This document shows positions 22,773 through 31,505 of a DNA stretch of 64,000 bases, one piece after another. The stretch is from the NCBI GenBank assembly GCA_963764715.1, contig CAVXTP010000022.1, positions 256,001 through 320,000 of the forward strand, given 5' to 3'. The stretch comes from an uncultured Acidobacteriota bacterium (GTDB lineage Bacteria; Acidobacteriota; Thermoanaerobaculia; UBA5066; Gp7-AA6). The notes under the pieces were generated by a model. That model was given only the letters and a program-made list of their open reading frames with translations. It ran no database searches and was not told the origin of the DNA. Numbering within the stretch: the stretch's first letter is position 1; every line of letters starts with the position of its first letter. Made by a program: the position numbers and the translations under genes.

Positions 22773-23834
22773 TCAGATCTCCCGGAAGAAAAACCTGTCC
22801 AACACCGACATCCGCTCCTGGAGCTGCTTCGGATCCGGATCCATGAGCCAGAGCGCGGCGTGGATCGAGGAGGCGAGGGAGTTGCCGTCCTGCGGCGTGA
22901 AGCAGAAACCGACGATCTCGTGGCCGCCGGGGACCGCGATCGTGGGGGAGGCGATGACGGCCTGGGACAGGATGCGGCCGTAGTACCCGTGGTCGCGCCC
23001 GAACGAGAAGATCTGGTTGGCCGAGCGGCGCTCGGTCACCGCGATCCGGCGGTTGGCCTTGAGCTTCGAGAGCACCTGCTCCTTCGACGTCGGTTCGGAC
23101 ACGTCCATGTCGAACCACAGGGCGTGCATGTACTGCGTGTTCATCTTCATCGCGGACGAGAAGATCGGCGGCTCCCATCCGATCGTCGAGAGCAGCGCCG
23201 ACGCGTCGCGGGCGTGGTGCGTGCCGAACTCCGGGTCGTCGTGCTTGCCGACCGACGGCGCGGGCGCGAAGCCCGAGTCCTGCGACACGTCGTTCGCCCG
23301 GCGCATGCAGACGAAGCGGCCGCGCGTCAGGATCTTGCCGCCCGCGTCGTTGGTCCCGAGCGTCTTGATGAGGCAGGAGATGTTGTGGGTGTTGCAGGAG
23401 ACGATCTGGAGAAAGCGGTCCTGCCCGGGGATGAGGGCCTCGTCGTTGATCCCCATGGCGTACATCTTTCCGAACCCGAACTCGCTGCCCTGGGCGAGGA
23501 ACCCCCGTGGGCCTGAGATCTTCTCGTAGACCTTCTTGTTCTCGTTGCCGGCCGGGGTGCAGTCGATTACGACGGTCGCCCGCTCGAGGGCCGGGCCGGC
23601 CTCGTGCGAGACCTTGTGCCCGAGGGCCTCGAAGTCGGCGAGCTTGTCGGAATCGACCGCGAGCTTCGCCCCGCGCGCCATGAGGTGATTGACCTTCGCG
23701 CGCTCGGTGGTCATCGGCGTCCGCTTGTGGAAGGTGACCTCGTCGACGCCGAGGTGCTTGCCGAAGTCGGTGAAGAGACCGATCAGCGGCTCTCCGATCG
23801 TGCCCGTCCCGACGATGTGGACGATCCGTTTCAT
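22773..23834 (-). CDS. class II (archaeal-type) glyceraldehyde-3-phosphate dehydrogenase-like protein
   Basis: VGTGTIG Rossmann loop, VIDCTP, AQGSE, IVSCNT catalytic Cys, RRAND, THHARD, NTQYMH parallel archaeal GAPDH motifs (DCTP, QGGE, VVSCNT, RRAAD, SHHGPD, PTTLMH). Confidence 0.78.
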   Translation of the reverse strand: MKRIVHIVGTGTIGEPLIGLFTDFGKHLGVDEVTFHKRTPMTTERAKVNHLMARGAKLAVDSDKLADFEALGHKVSHEAGPALERATVVIDCTPAGNENKKVYEKISGPRGFLAQGSEFGFGKMYAMGINDEALIPGQDRFLQIVSCNTHNISCLIKTLGTNDAGGKILTRGRFVCMRRANDVSQDSGFAPAPSVGKHDDPEFGTHHARDASALLSTIGWEPPIFSSAMKMNTQYMHALWFDMDVSEPTSKEQVLSKLKANRRIAVTERRSANQIFSFGRDHGYYGRILSQAVIASPTIAVPGGHEIVGFCFTPQDGNSLASSIHAALWLMDPDPKQLQERMSVLDRFFFREI

Positions 23835-23920
23835 CGCGTTCTCCTGTCGATCGAAGGCGTTTGGGACCCGGAACGGCGGGAAGGATACGATGAGACGGGC
23901 GATTCGCCAACCGGAGGGCG

Positions 23921-24574
23921 ATGGTGGCGGGCAGGCTTCGTTCCGTGACGTTTCGCGGTCCCGCCGGGGCCCTCGAGGGCCTCTGGAAGGAGGCGTCGCA
24001 ACCGCGCCGGGGCTCGGCGGTCTTCGCGCACCCCCATCCCATGCACGGCGGCACGCTTCACAACAAGGTCGTCTACCGCGCGGCGCAGGCCCTGGCGCGG
24101 TCCGGGTGGGAGACGCTCCGGTTCAACTTCCGGGGCGTCGGGGTGTCGGAGGGCCGGTACGACGCGGGCCGCGGCGAGGTCGAAGACTTCCGGGCGGCCC
24201 TCGACGAGGCCGAGCGCGCGGCCGGCCGGCCGATCGTCGCGGGAGGCTTCTCGTTCGGCTCGGCCGTCGGCCTGAAAGCGGCGGCGGGGGATCCGCGGGT
24301 CGCGGCGTTCGTCGCGCTCGGCGTGCCGCTCGCGACCGAGTCCGGGCGCATGGTGCCGGTGCCCTCGGTCCCGTCGCTCTTCGTCGTCGGCGAGAACGAC
24401 CGCTTCGGGCCGCCCGAGGACCTCGCCCGGTTCCTGGCCGGGCGTCAACGGATGGTCGTCATCCCCGGAGCCGACCACTTCTTCGAAAGCCAGCTCGAGC
24501 TGCTCGGCGAGACGATCCTGGAGTTTCTCGCGTCGCTTCCGGCGGCGACGCCGGCGGCGGAAGCACCGGCGTGA
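23921..24574 (+). CDS. alpha/beta hydrolase (COG2945-like)
   Basis: HPHPMHGGTLHNKVV, LRFNFRGVG.SEG, GFSFG nucleophile elbow, GADHFF. Confidence 0.9.
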   Translation: MVAGRLRSVTFRGPAGALEGLWKEASQPRRGSAVFAHPHPMHGGTLHNKVVYRAAQALARSGWETLRFNFRGVGVSEGRYDAGRGEVEDFRAALDEAERAAGRPIVAGGFSFGSAVGLKAAAGDPRVAAFVALGVPLATESGRMVPVPSVPSLFVVGENDRFGPPEDLARFLAGRQRMVVIPGADHFFESQLELLGETILEFLASLPAATPAAEAPA

Positions 24575-25131
24575 GCGCGGGAGCCCGGACGCTCTCGGAG
24601 GAGGCACGGCGGGACCTGCTGCGGCTGGCCCGCACGAGCCTCGAGGCGCACTTCCTCGGCGAGCCCTCTCCGCGGCTCGCGTCGGACCGCGCGGAGGCCT
24701 TCGGGGAGCCCCGGGGCCTCTTCGTCACGCTGTGGAAGGACGGGGACCTGCGCGGCTGCATCGGGACGCTCGCTCCGCACGGCGACCTGACGCGGGTCGT
24801 CGCCGAATACGCGCGACGCGCGGCCTTCGAGGATCCGAGGTTTGCGCCCCTCGACGCCGTCGAGCTTCCCGCCTGCCGCCTCGAGATCTCGGTCCTGACG
24901 GCGCCCCAGCCGATCGCGGGCCTCCACGACATCGAGATCGGGCGGGACGGCCTGATCCTCGAGAGCCGCGGGCGGCGCGGGCTGCTCCTGCCCCAGGTCG
25001 CGACGGAGTGGGGCTTCGACCGCGAACGGTTCGTCCAGGAGGTCTCGCGCAAGGCCGGGCTGCCCCCGGATGCGTGGAAGGACCCGGGCTCCCGGGTCTG
25101 GGTCTTTCAGGCGGAGGTGTTCTCGGAATGA
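24571..25131 (+). CDS. AMMECR1-domain protein (AmmeMemoRadiSam protein A type)
   Basis: GLFVTL, LRGCIG signature, AAFEDPRF, EISVL, GLLLPQVA.E. Confidence 0.92.
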   Translation: MSAGARTLSEEARRDLLRLARTSLEAHFLGEPSPRLASDRAEAFGEPRGLFVTLWKDGDLRGCIGTLAPHGDLTRVVAEYARRAAFEDPRFAPLDAVELPACRLEISVLTAPQPIAGLHDIEIGRDGLILESRGRRGLLLPQVATEWGFDRERFVQEVSRKAGLPPDAWKDPGSRVWVFQAEVFSE

Positions 25132-25200
25132 AGGGCATCGGCAACCGGCAGAAAAAGACCGTCCGACCCCGGAAGGCCTGGGTCGCGCCGAAGCCCGCCC

Positions 25201-25959
25201 CTAGAGCCGGCGAAGCGAAGGCGAGTAGAGGAGCAGCGCCGTGGCCACGGCCGCGTTCAAAGAATCGACCGGGGCCCGCATCGGGATCGTGAGCCGGCGG
25301 TCGAGATACCGGTAGGCTCCGGCCGGCAGCCCCGTGCCCTCGGCGCCGACCACGACGACCGAGCGCGGGTCGAGCGGCGCCTCGAACACGTTCTCTCCTC
25401 CGACGGCCGTGGCCCCGCAGACGGGCCGGCCGGCGGCCTTCGCGTCGGCGGCGAAGGGCTCGAACGAGACGCGGCCCGAGACCGGCAGGCGCAGGACGCT
25501 GCCGGCGCTTCCGCGCACGGCGCGAGGATGGAAGAAGTCGGCCGTTCCGGGCGCGGCCACGACCCCGGCGCCCCCGGCGGCCTCGGCCACGCGGACGATG
25601 GCCCCCAGGTTGCCCGGGTCCTGGACGCCGAACGCGAAGACGATGGGCCCTTCCCGCGCCAGGATCTCCGCGACCGGGACGTCCCGTCGCTTCGCGACGG
25701 CGAGCAGGTGCTGCGGCGTGCGGGCGTCGGCGAGACGCTCGAGCACGGCGCGGGAGACGAGGCGCGGGTGCGACGCGGTCAGCGCCGAGAGACGGCCGGG
25801 CCGGATGCTTTCGTCGTGAAGGACGTGCTCGAGCGCGATTCCCGCGGCGACGGCGTCGAGAATCGCCTTTTCGCCCTCGAGCAGGAGATAGGTGCGCTCC
25901 TCGAGGTGGCGCGCGATGTCGCGGATCAGAGGGTTGGACGGAGACTCGATCGCGGGCAC
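25201..25959 (-). CDS. TrmH/SpoU-family RNA methyltransferase
   Basis: QDPGNLGAIVR, VGAEGTG, IPM...DSLNAAVA SPOUT motifs. Confidence 0.92.
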   Translation of the reverse strand: MPAIESPSNPLIRDIARHLEERTYLLLEGEKAILDAVAAGIALEHVLHDESIRPGRLSALTASHPRLVSRAVLERLADARTPQHLLAVAKRRDVPVAEILAREGPIVFAFGVQDPGNLGAIVRVAEAAGGAGVVAAPGTADFFHPRAVRGSAGSVLRLPVSGRVSFEPFAADAKAAGRPVCGATAVGGENVFEAPLDPRSVVVVGAEGTGLPAGAYRYLDRRLTIPMRAPVDSLNAAVATALLLYSPSLRRL

Positions 25960-25967
25960 GACGGCCC

Positions 25968-25977
25968 ATGCTATAAC
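25968..25977. promoter_or_regulatory. overlapping divergent -10 elements (bidirectional, leaderless-like)
   Basis: TG-c-TATAAC (+, 25972-25977) 8 nt before ATG 25986; TAGCAT (-, 25968-25973) 8 nt before GTG 25959; only 26 bp between the two starts. Confidence 0.5.
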
Positions 25978-25985
25978 CGCGCGCC

Positions 25986-27182
25986 ATGAAGTGGCTCCGC
26001 GGCGAAAAGCTCCTCGCGGCCGCGGCGGAGCACGGGCCGCCCGGGTCGGCGCTGTCGGCGCTCTGGACCTTCCCGGCGATGATCGGGGCGGCCTTCGTCG
26101 TGGCCTGGGGAGCGGAGGCCGCCGAGTTCCTCATCTCGCAGGGCCTCGCCCTCGCGATCCTCGCCCTCATCCAGACGATGCCCGAGTTCGCGGTCGAGGC
26201 CGTCATCGCCTGGAAGGCCGGCAAGAACCCGGACATGGTGCACCTGGCGATCGCCAACTTCACCGGCAGCCTGCGCCTCCTGACCGGCTTCGGCTGGCCC
26301 ATGATCTACGCGGTCGCCGCCTACTTCTCGCGCCGCCGCCGCGGCCGCAAGCTGGGCGCCCTCCACCTCCACGACGAGCATGCCGTCGAGGTCATCGGCC
26401 TCCTGCCGCCCCTCGCCTACTTCGTCCTGGTCTGGGCGAAGGGCAACCTCTCCCTCGTCGACGCGGCCGTGCTGACGGTGACCTACGTGGTCTACCTCTT
26501 CGTCCTGCTCCGGATGCCTCCTCGCGAGGACTCGGAGGAGGAGGACGAGGAAGTCCCGCGGGTGTCGCGCTGGGCCCTGTCCTTCTCGGGCTGGAAGCGG
26601 TGGGCCGCGGTGCTCGGGCTGTTCGTCCTCGGGGGCGCCGTGATCTTCGTCGTCGCCGAGCCCTTCCTCAACTCGATGCTCGCCGTCGCGGTCAGCCTCG
26701 GCATCTCGCAGTTCACCTTCATCCAGTGGGTCGCGCCCTTCATCTCGGAGTTCCCGGAGAAGACCTCCGCCTTCGTGTGGGCCCGCCGGATCACCCGGGC
26801 CCCCGTGGCCCTGATGAACATGGTGTCGTCGAACATCAACCAGTGGGGGGTCCTCTCGGGGCTTCTCGCCGTCGTTTACTGCTGGAGCCACGGGAGCACG
26901 GAGCCGCTGCCGTTCGACGATTTCCAGCGGCTCGAGATCCTGCTGACGATCCTCCAGGCCTTCCTGGGGTGGATCTTCCTCGCGTCGATGACCCTCGAGT
27001 GGTACGAGGCGGCCGGGCTCTTCGTGCTCTGGATCGTCCAGTTCTTCTTCCCGTCGCTCCGCCATACGATGATCTGGGTCTACGGAGGCTGGATCGGCGT
27101 GGAGCTCCTCCTCGTGGCGCTGGGCCGAAAACAGTTCCGGGCTTTCGGCGCGTTCGCCCGCTCCTGGAAGGGGAGGCGTTGA
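25986..27182 (+). CDS. Ca2+:cation antiporter (CaCA, Na+/Ca2+ exchanger-like)
   Basis: alpha repeats QTMPEF...ANFTG and SEFPEK...NMVSSNINQ; acidic loop EDSEEEDEE; about 10-11 TMs. Confidence 0.82.
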   Translation: MKWLRGEKLLAAAAEHGPPGSALSALWTFPAMIGAAFVVAWGAEAAEFLISQGLALAILALIQTMPEFAVEAVIAWKAGKNPDMVHLAIANFTGSLRLLTGFGWPMIYAVAAYFSRRRRGRKLGALHLHDEHAVEVIGLLPPLAYFVLVWAKGNLSLVDAAVLTVTYVVYLFVLLRMPPREDSEEEDEEVPRVSRWALSFSGWKRWAAVLGLFVLGGAVIFVVAEPFLNSMLAVAVSLGISQFTFIQWVAPFISEFPEKTSAFVWARRITRAPVALMNMVSSNINQWGVLSGLLAVVYCWSHGSTEPLPFDDFQRLEILLTILQAFLGWIFLASMTLEWYEAAGLFVLWIVQFFFPSLRHTMIWVYGGWIGVELLLVALGRKQFRAFGAFARSWKGRR

Positions 27183-28370
27183 TGGATCTGCGTCTCTCGC
27201 GCCGGATCGCGGCCCTCGCCCCGTCGTCCACGACCTCGGCCGGCCGCAAGGCCAAGGCGCTGGCCGCCTCGGGGGTCGACGTCGTGGACCTCTCGATCGG
27301 CGAGCCCGACTTCGCGACCCCCGCCCACGTCGGCCGCGCCGGAGTCCGAGCGATCGAGAACGGCCGCACGAAGTACACCGACGTCGCGGGGGAGGCGGCC
27401 CTCCGGGACGCGATCGCCGCCAAGTACGCCCGGGAGCAGAACGCGAAGGTCGGCCGCGACAGCATCATCGTGACGGCCGGGGCCAAGCAGGCCGTGTTCA
27501 ACGTCTGCATGGCCCTCTTCGACGAGGGCGACGACGTGGCGCTCTTCTCGCCCTACTGGGTCTCGTTTCCCGAGATGGTCCGGCTGACCGGGGCGCGGCC
27601 CCTGTTCGTCGAAACGTCCCTCGAGGACGGCTGGCACGCGCGGGCGAGGTTGCTCGAGGGGGCCGGCGTGGAGCGGGTGCGGGGAGTCATCCTCAACTCG
27701 CCCAACAACCCGACCGGGGCGGTCGTCGACGCCGCGGAGCTCTCGCGGATCGTCGAGTGGTGCGCCGCCCGCCAGGCGTGGCTCATCTACGACGAGACCT
27801 ACGACCGCTTTCTCTACGACGGCCGGTCGCACGCGTCGGCGGCGGCCCGGCGCCCGGACTACGAGCGGGTCGTCGTGACCGGGGCGGCGTCGAAAACCTT
27901 CGCGATGACGGGCTGGCGCCTCGGGTGGGCCATCGGGCCGCCCGAATTGATCACGGCGCTCGCTTCGTTCCAGAGCCACACGACCTCGAACGCCTCGTCG
28001 ATCTCCCAGGCGGCGGCGCTCGAGGCCCTGACGGATCTCGATGGCTCCGCGGCCTCGGTCGACGACATGCTGTCCCACTACGAGACCCGCCGGACAGGCG
28101 ATGGTCGAGGGCCTCGCGTCGATCCCGAACGTCCAGTGTCCGATGCCCGAGGGCGCGTTTTACGCTTTCGCCGACGTTTCGCGCCTCTACGAGCGCAAGG
28201 GCGTCCGGGGCTCGGCCGACTTCTGCGACCGGCTCCTCCAGGAGGCGCACGTGGCGGCCGTGCCGGGCGACGCCTTCGGCGACGACCGCTGCGTCCGGTT
28301 CTCCTTCGCGACGAAGACGGACCGAATCCGCGAGGGCGTGCGCCGGATCGCGGAGTGGACGGGGCGCTAG
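27182..28370 (+). CDS. PLP-dependent class I/II (aspartate) aminotransferase, apparent indel ~28095
   Basis: GEPDF.TP, GAKQA, PYWVS, NSPNNPTG, DETY, SKTFAMTGWRLG, PEGAFY. Confidence 0.92.
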
Positions 28371-28386
28371 CCTCGACGGCCCGCGC

Positions 28387-29319
28387 TCAGGGAATCGGGG
28401 TGGCCGGGGCGGCGCCGACGGGCGCCCGACGGATCGGAGCCGGGGCGGAGAGGGCGCGCTCCGCCCGCTGGTCCAGGAACTCGAGGTAGGAGCCCCACGC
28501 GGCGACGCGCACCGCCGAGCGCACCCAGAGGACCAAGAACTGGAGGAGGAAGAGCCCCGCGATCGCGATCGGCGACGCGGCCGACACCGACCAGGCCAGG
28601 GCGAAGAGACCGAACCATACGGCACCGCCCGCGACGAGCCAGAAGGCAAAGAGCCCGAGGGCCTCCCCCCGGGAGCCGCGCAGCGCCCGTCCGGCGAACC
28701 TCCAGGCGCGCCAGGCTCCGATCGCGGGCACGTAACGCCGCGCGGCGCGCGCGAAATCGTAGTGGAGCGAGAGGACTCCCCACAGGAACACCGCGAGGAC
28801 GCCGAGCCCCCAGTGCCAGGCCGTGCGGCTCGCGGCGTCGGGCGGAACGTTCTCGAAGATCTTCTTCGCGGCCGCGAACGCCCCGCCGAAGAGCGCGCCG
28901 AAGACCACGACGAGGAAGACCGCGAAGAGAAAGAAGCACTTGACGTTGTGCCAGAAGTTCCGCCGGGCGGGCTCGAAGAACTGCCCGAATGCGAACGGCC
29001 CCCGCCCGAGGACACCGATGATTCCGCCGGCGAAGAACATCTGGAGAACGACCGTGAGCAGGAGGCCGTACCGGGAGCCCGACAGGACGCCGGTCACCGC
29101 TGCCGCCTCGAACCGGAGGAAGTCGAAGAAGTCGGTCGGCGCCGCCGTCGGGTGGTTCCTCAGGAAATGATCGCCCGCGAGCGTTCCGCCCAGCTCCTTC
29201 ACGAATACGCCGTGGAGGGGCGCGGCCGTCCCGGCGGCGACGACCGCCGTCGTCACCGCCAGCAGGAGGATGAGCTTGCCGTGACCGAGCGCGCGGAATC
29301 CGGCCGCGAGACTTCTCAT
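28387..29319 (-). CDS. multi-TM hypothetical membrane protein
   Basis: ATG overlaps the M1 peptidase stop; about 6 hydrophobic segments. Confidence 0.7.
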   Translation of the reverse strand: MRSLAAGFRALGHGKLILLLAVTTAVVAAGTAAPLHGVFVKELGGTLAGDHFLRNHPTAAPTDFFDFLRFEAAAVTGVLSGSRYGLLLTVVLQMFFAGGIIGVLGRGPFAFGQFFEPARRNFWHNVKCFFLFAVFLVVVFGALFGGAFAAAKKIFENVPPDAASRTAWHWGLGVLAVFLWGVLSLHYDFARAARRYVPAIGAWRAWRFAGRALRGSRGEALGLFAFWLVAGGAVWFGLFALAWSVSAASPIAIAGLFLLQFLVLWVRSAVRVAAWGSYLEFLDQRAERALSAPAPIRRAPVGAAPATPIP

Positions 29320-31451
29320 GCCAGGACCCACGCGAGCTGGTCCCAGATCCCGAGGAGGAAGGCCGCCAGGCCCGTGTACCTGGCCGGAGCGTGGGGGGAG
29401 AGAACCGCCGCCGCCCCCCGGCCGCTCGCGAGGACCTTCGAATCGTTGAGTCGGTTCCAGTCCCACGCGTTGCGGCGGTCGGGATCGACGACCGCCCAGG
29501 CCAGTTTCGACTTGTAGCGGATTTCGTAGCGCACCCATTTCGCCGCGGCCGGCAGGTCGCGCTCGAGGATGGTCCCGTCTTCGAAGGCGATGCGGGCGTG
29601 GGCCGCGTGCTCCCAGCCTCCGGTGTTGCCGAAGAGGACGCGGATCGCGTAAACCTTGCGCTTCTTGCCCTTCGCCGGAGGCTGCTTGTCCTTCTCGGGA
29701 AGAACGATGCGGCCGTCGTCGAGCGTCACGCGGCCGGCGGAACGATCGAAGACTCCCTCGTCGGGGTTGGCCTCGCGGCACCGGGCGGTGACGACCTCCC
29801 AGTCGAGGCGCGCCGTGCCCTCGACGAGGTTACGGCGGTAGGTCGAGAGGTCCTTTCCCGAGACGCGCTCGAACGTGCGGAAGAAGTCCGTGGTCGTCGG
29901 ATGGCGGAAGGACCACTCCTGGAAGTACGCCCGCTGCGCGCGCGCGAAGACCGTGGCCCCGAGGTCGTTCTTGAGCTGGGCCATGAAGAGGCCGACCTTC
30001 GGGTAGGAGTTGACGCCGTAGGAGGCGCCCGAGGCGTAGCACCAGGCGCAGCGCCGGATCGGGTCGAGGTTGGGAAGGAAGTTGTATTGGGAATGCGCGA
30101 CCGAGATCGAGTCCGTTCCGATGCCCCCCGGGAGGTTGACCTCGTCGCGCTCCCCGTAGGCGAGCGCCATCGCGCGGTGCTCGGAGTCGTCGTTCAGGCC
30201 CTCGTCGAGCCACGACTCCTCGAACTCGTTGGATCCGACCATGCCGTACCAGTACTGGTGGCCGAATTCGTGGATCGTGACGACCTCGACGATCCGGACG
30301 CGCTGGAACGGCCACCGCATCAGGAAACTCTTGATGACGCCGCCCGTGATGAACGTCGGGTACTCCATTCCGGCCGAGCCCATGCCGTCGTCCGGGGGAT
30401 CGACGACCGTCAGGGTCTCGTACGGGTAGGCGCCGTACCAGAGGCCGTAGAAGGACAGGGCTTCCTTCGTGCAGCGCAGGTAGCGGTCGCGAACCGCCTC
30501 GTGGCCGGGCTGGAGGAGGAGCCGGACCTGCACGGGCTTGAGCGCGATCTCGGCTTCCGTCATGCCGAGCTCCTGCGCCGCCTTGGCGCTCCAGCCCGCG
30601 GGGACGTCGCGGGCCGGGTCGAAGGTGAACTCGGTGACGAGCCAGCGCGGGTCGGCCGTCCAGGCGAAGTCGTGGACGTCGTTCTGCACGTAGCGATACG
30701 TCGTCTTGTCGCCCGACTTCGTCTCCGAGACGCGCTTTCCCGTCGCTCCGACGATGAACTTCGACGGGACCGTCATGGAGACGTCGAAGCGGCCGTAGTC
30801 GGCGTAGAACTCGGAGTTGCCGTGGAACGCGTGGCAGTTCCAGCCGCCGGTCCTGCGCTCCCGCATCCCGGCCGGCTCGTAGACGCCGATCTTCGGAAAC
30901 CACTGGCCGACGAGGAAGTAGTCGCGCACGAAGCCCGTTCGGGCGAAGATGCGCGGAAGCTTGGCGTCGAAGACGACGTCGAGGACGATCTCCCCGCGCG
31001 GGGGAACGGGGGAGGAGAGCGGGACGGCGAGCACCGTCTGGTCGTCCGGGTCGTTGCCGTCGGGCTGGATGAAGCGGGCCCGGGGCCGAAGCTCCTCGCC
31101 GGCGGCCGTCTTCATCGAGGAGACGTCGATCCAGCCCCAGTCGGCTGGCTTGTCGCCCGCCTCGTCGCCCCGCAGCTGTCCCCCGGATTCGCGCATGAAG
31201 GTCGTGCGGTTGTTCTTGAAGCCGTTCAGGTACAGGTGGAACCGCAGCTCGGAGACCGTGTCGGTCGAGGGGTTGCGCCAGGTCAGGCGCTCGCGGCCGT
31301 GGAGCATCTTCGTCGCCGGGTCGAGCGAGACCTCGATCCGGTACTCGACGACCGGCGGGGACGGCGGCGCGGCCGCCGCGGCCGGCCGGGCGGGCGCGGC
31401 GAGGGCCAGGGCCGCGAGCGGCGCTCCAAGGACTTTCCCGGAGATTCGCAT
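29316..31451 (-). CDS. M1-family zinc aminopeptidase, secreted with hydrophobic C-terminal tail
   Basis: signal peptide; GMEYP (GAMEN-like), HEFGHQYW...EESWLDEG (HEXXH-x18-E), WFPK, VHDFAW. Confidence 0.92.
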   Translation of the reverse strand: MRISGKVLGAPLAALALAAPARPAAAAAPPSPPVVEYRIEVSLDPATKMLHGRERLTWRNPSTDTVSELRFHLYLNGFKNNRTTFMRESGGQLRGDEAGDKPADWGWIDVSSMKTAAGEELRPRARFIQPDGNDPDDQTVLAVPLSSPVPPRGEIVLDVVFDAKLPRIFARTGFVRDYFLVGQWFPKIGVYEPAGMRERRTGGWNCHAFHGNSEFYADYGRFDVSMTVPSKFIVGATGKRVSETKSGDKTTYRYVQNDVHDFAWTADPRWLVTEFTFDPARDVPAGWSAKAAQELGMTEAEIALKPVQVRLLLQPGHEAVRDRYLRCTKEALSFYGLWYGAYPYETLTVVDPPDDGMGSAGMEYPTFITGGVIKSFLMRWPFQRVRIVEVVTIHEFGHQYWYGMVGSNEFEESWLDEGLNDDSEHRAMALAYGERDEVNLPGGIGTDSISVAHSQYNFLPNLDPIRRCAWCYASGASYGVNSYPKVGLFMAQLKNDLGATVFARAQRAYFQEWSFRHPTTTDFFRTFERVSGKDLSTYRRNLVEGTARLDWEVVTARCREANPDEGVFDRSAGRVTLDDGRIVLPEKDKQPPAKGKKRKVYAIRVLFGNTGGWEHAAHARIAFEDGTILERDLPAAAKWVRYEIRYKSKLAWAVVDPDRRNAWDWNRLNDSKVLASGRGAAAVLSPHAPARYTGLAAFLLGIWDQLAWVLA

Positions 31452-31492
31452 GAACGGGCCGAATGCTGTCCCGTGCCCCCCCGGGGAGTCAA

Positions 31493-31498
31493 TACAAT
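31493..31498 (+). promoter_or_regulatory. -10 element, leaderless-like start of the sphingolipid operon
   Basis: TACAAT 7 nt before ATG 31506 with no SD. Confidence 0.5.
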
Positions 31499-31505
31499 TC
31501 CCCGG

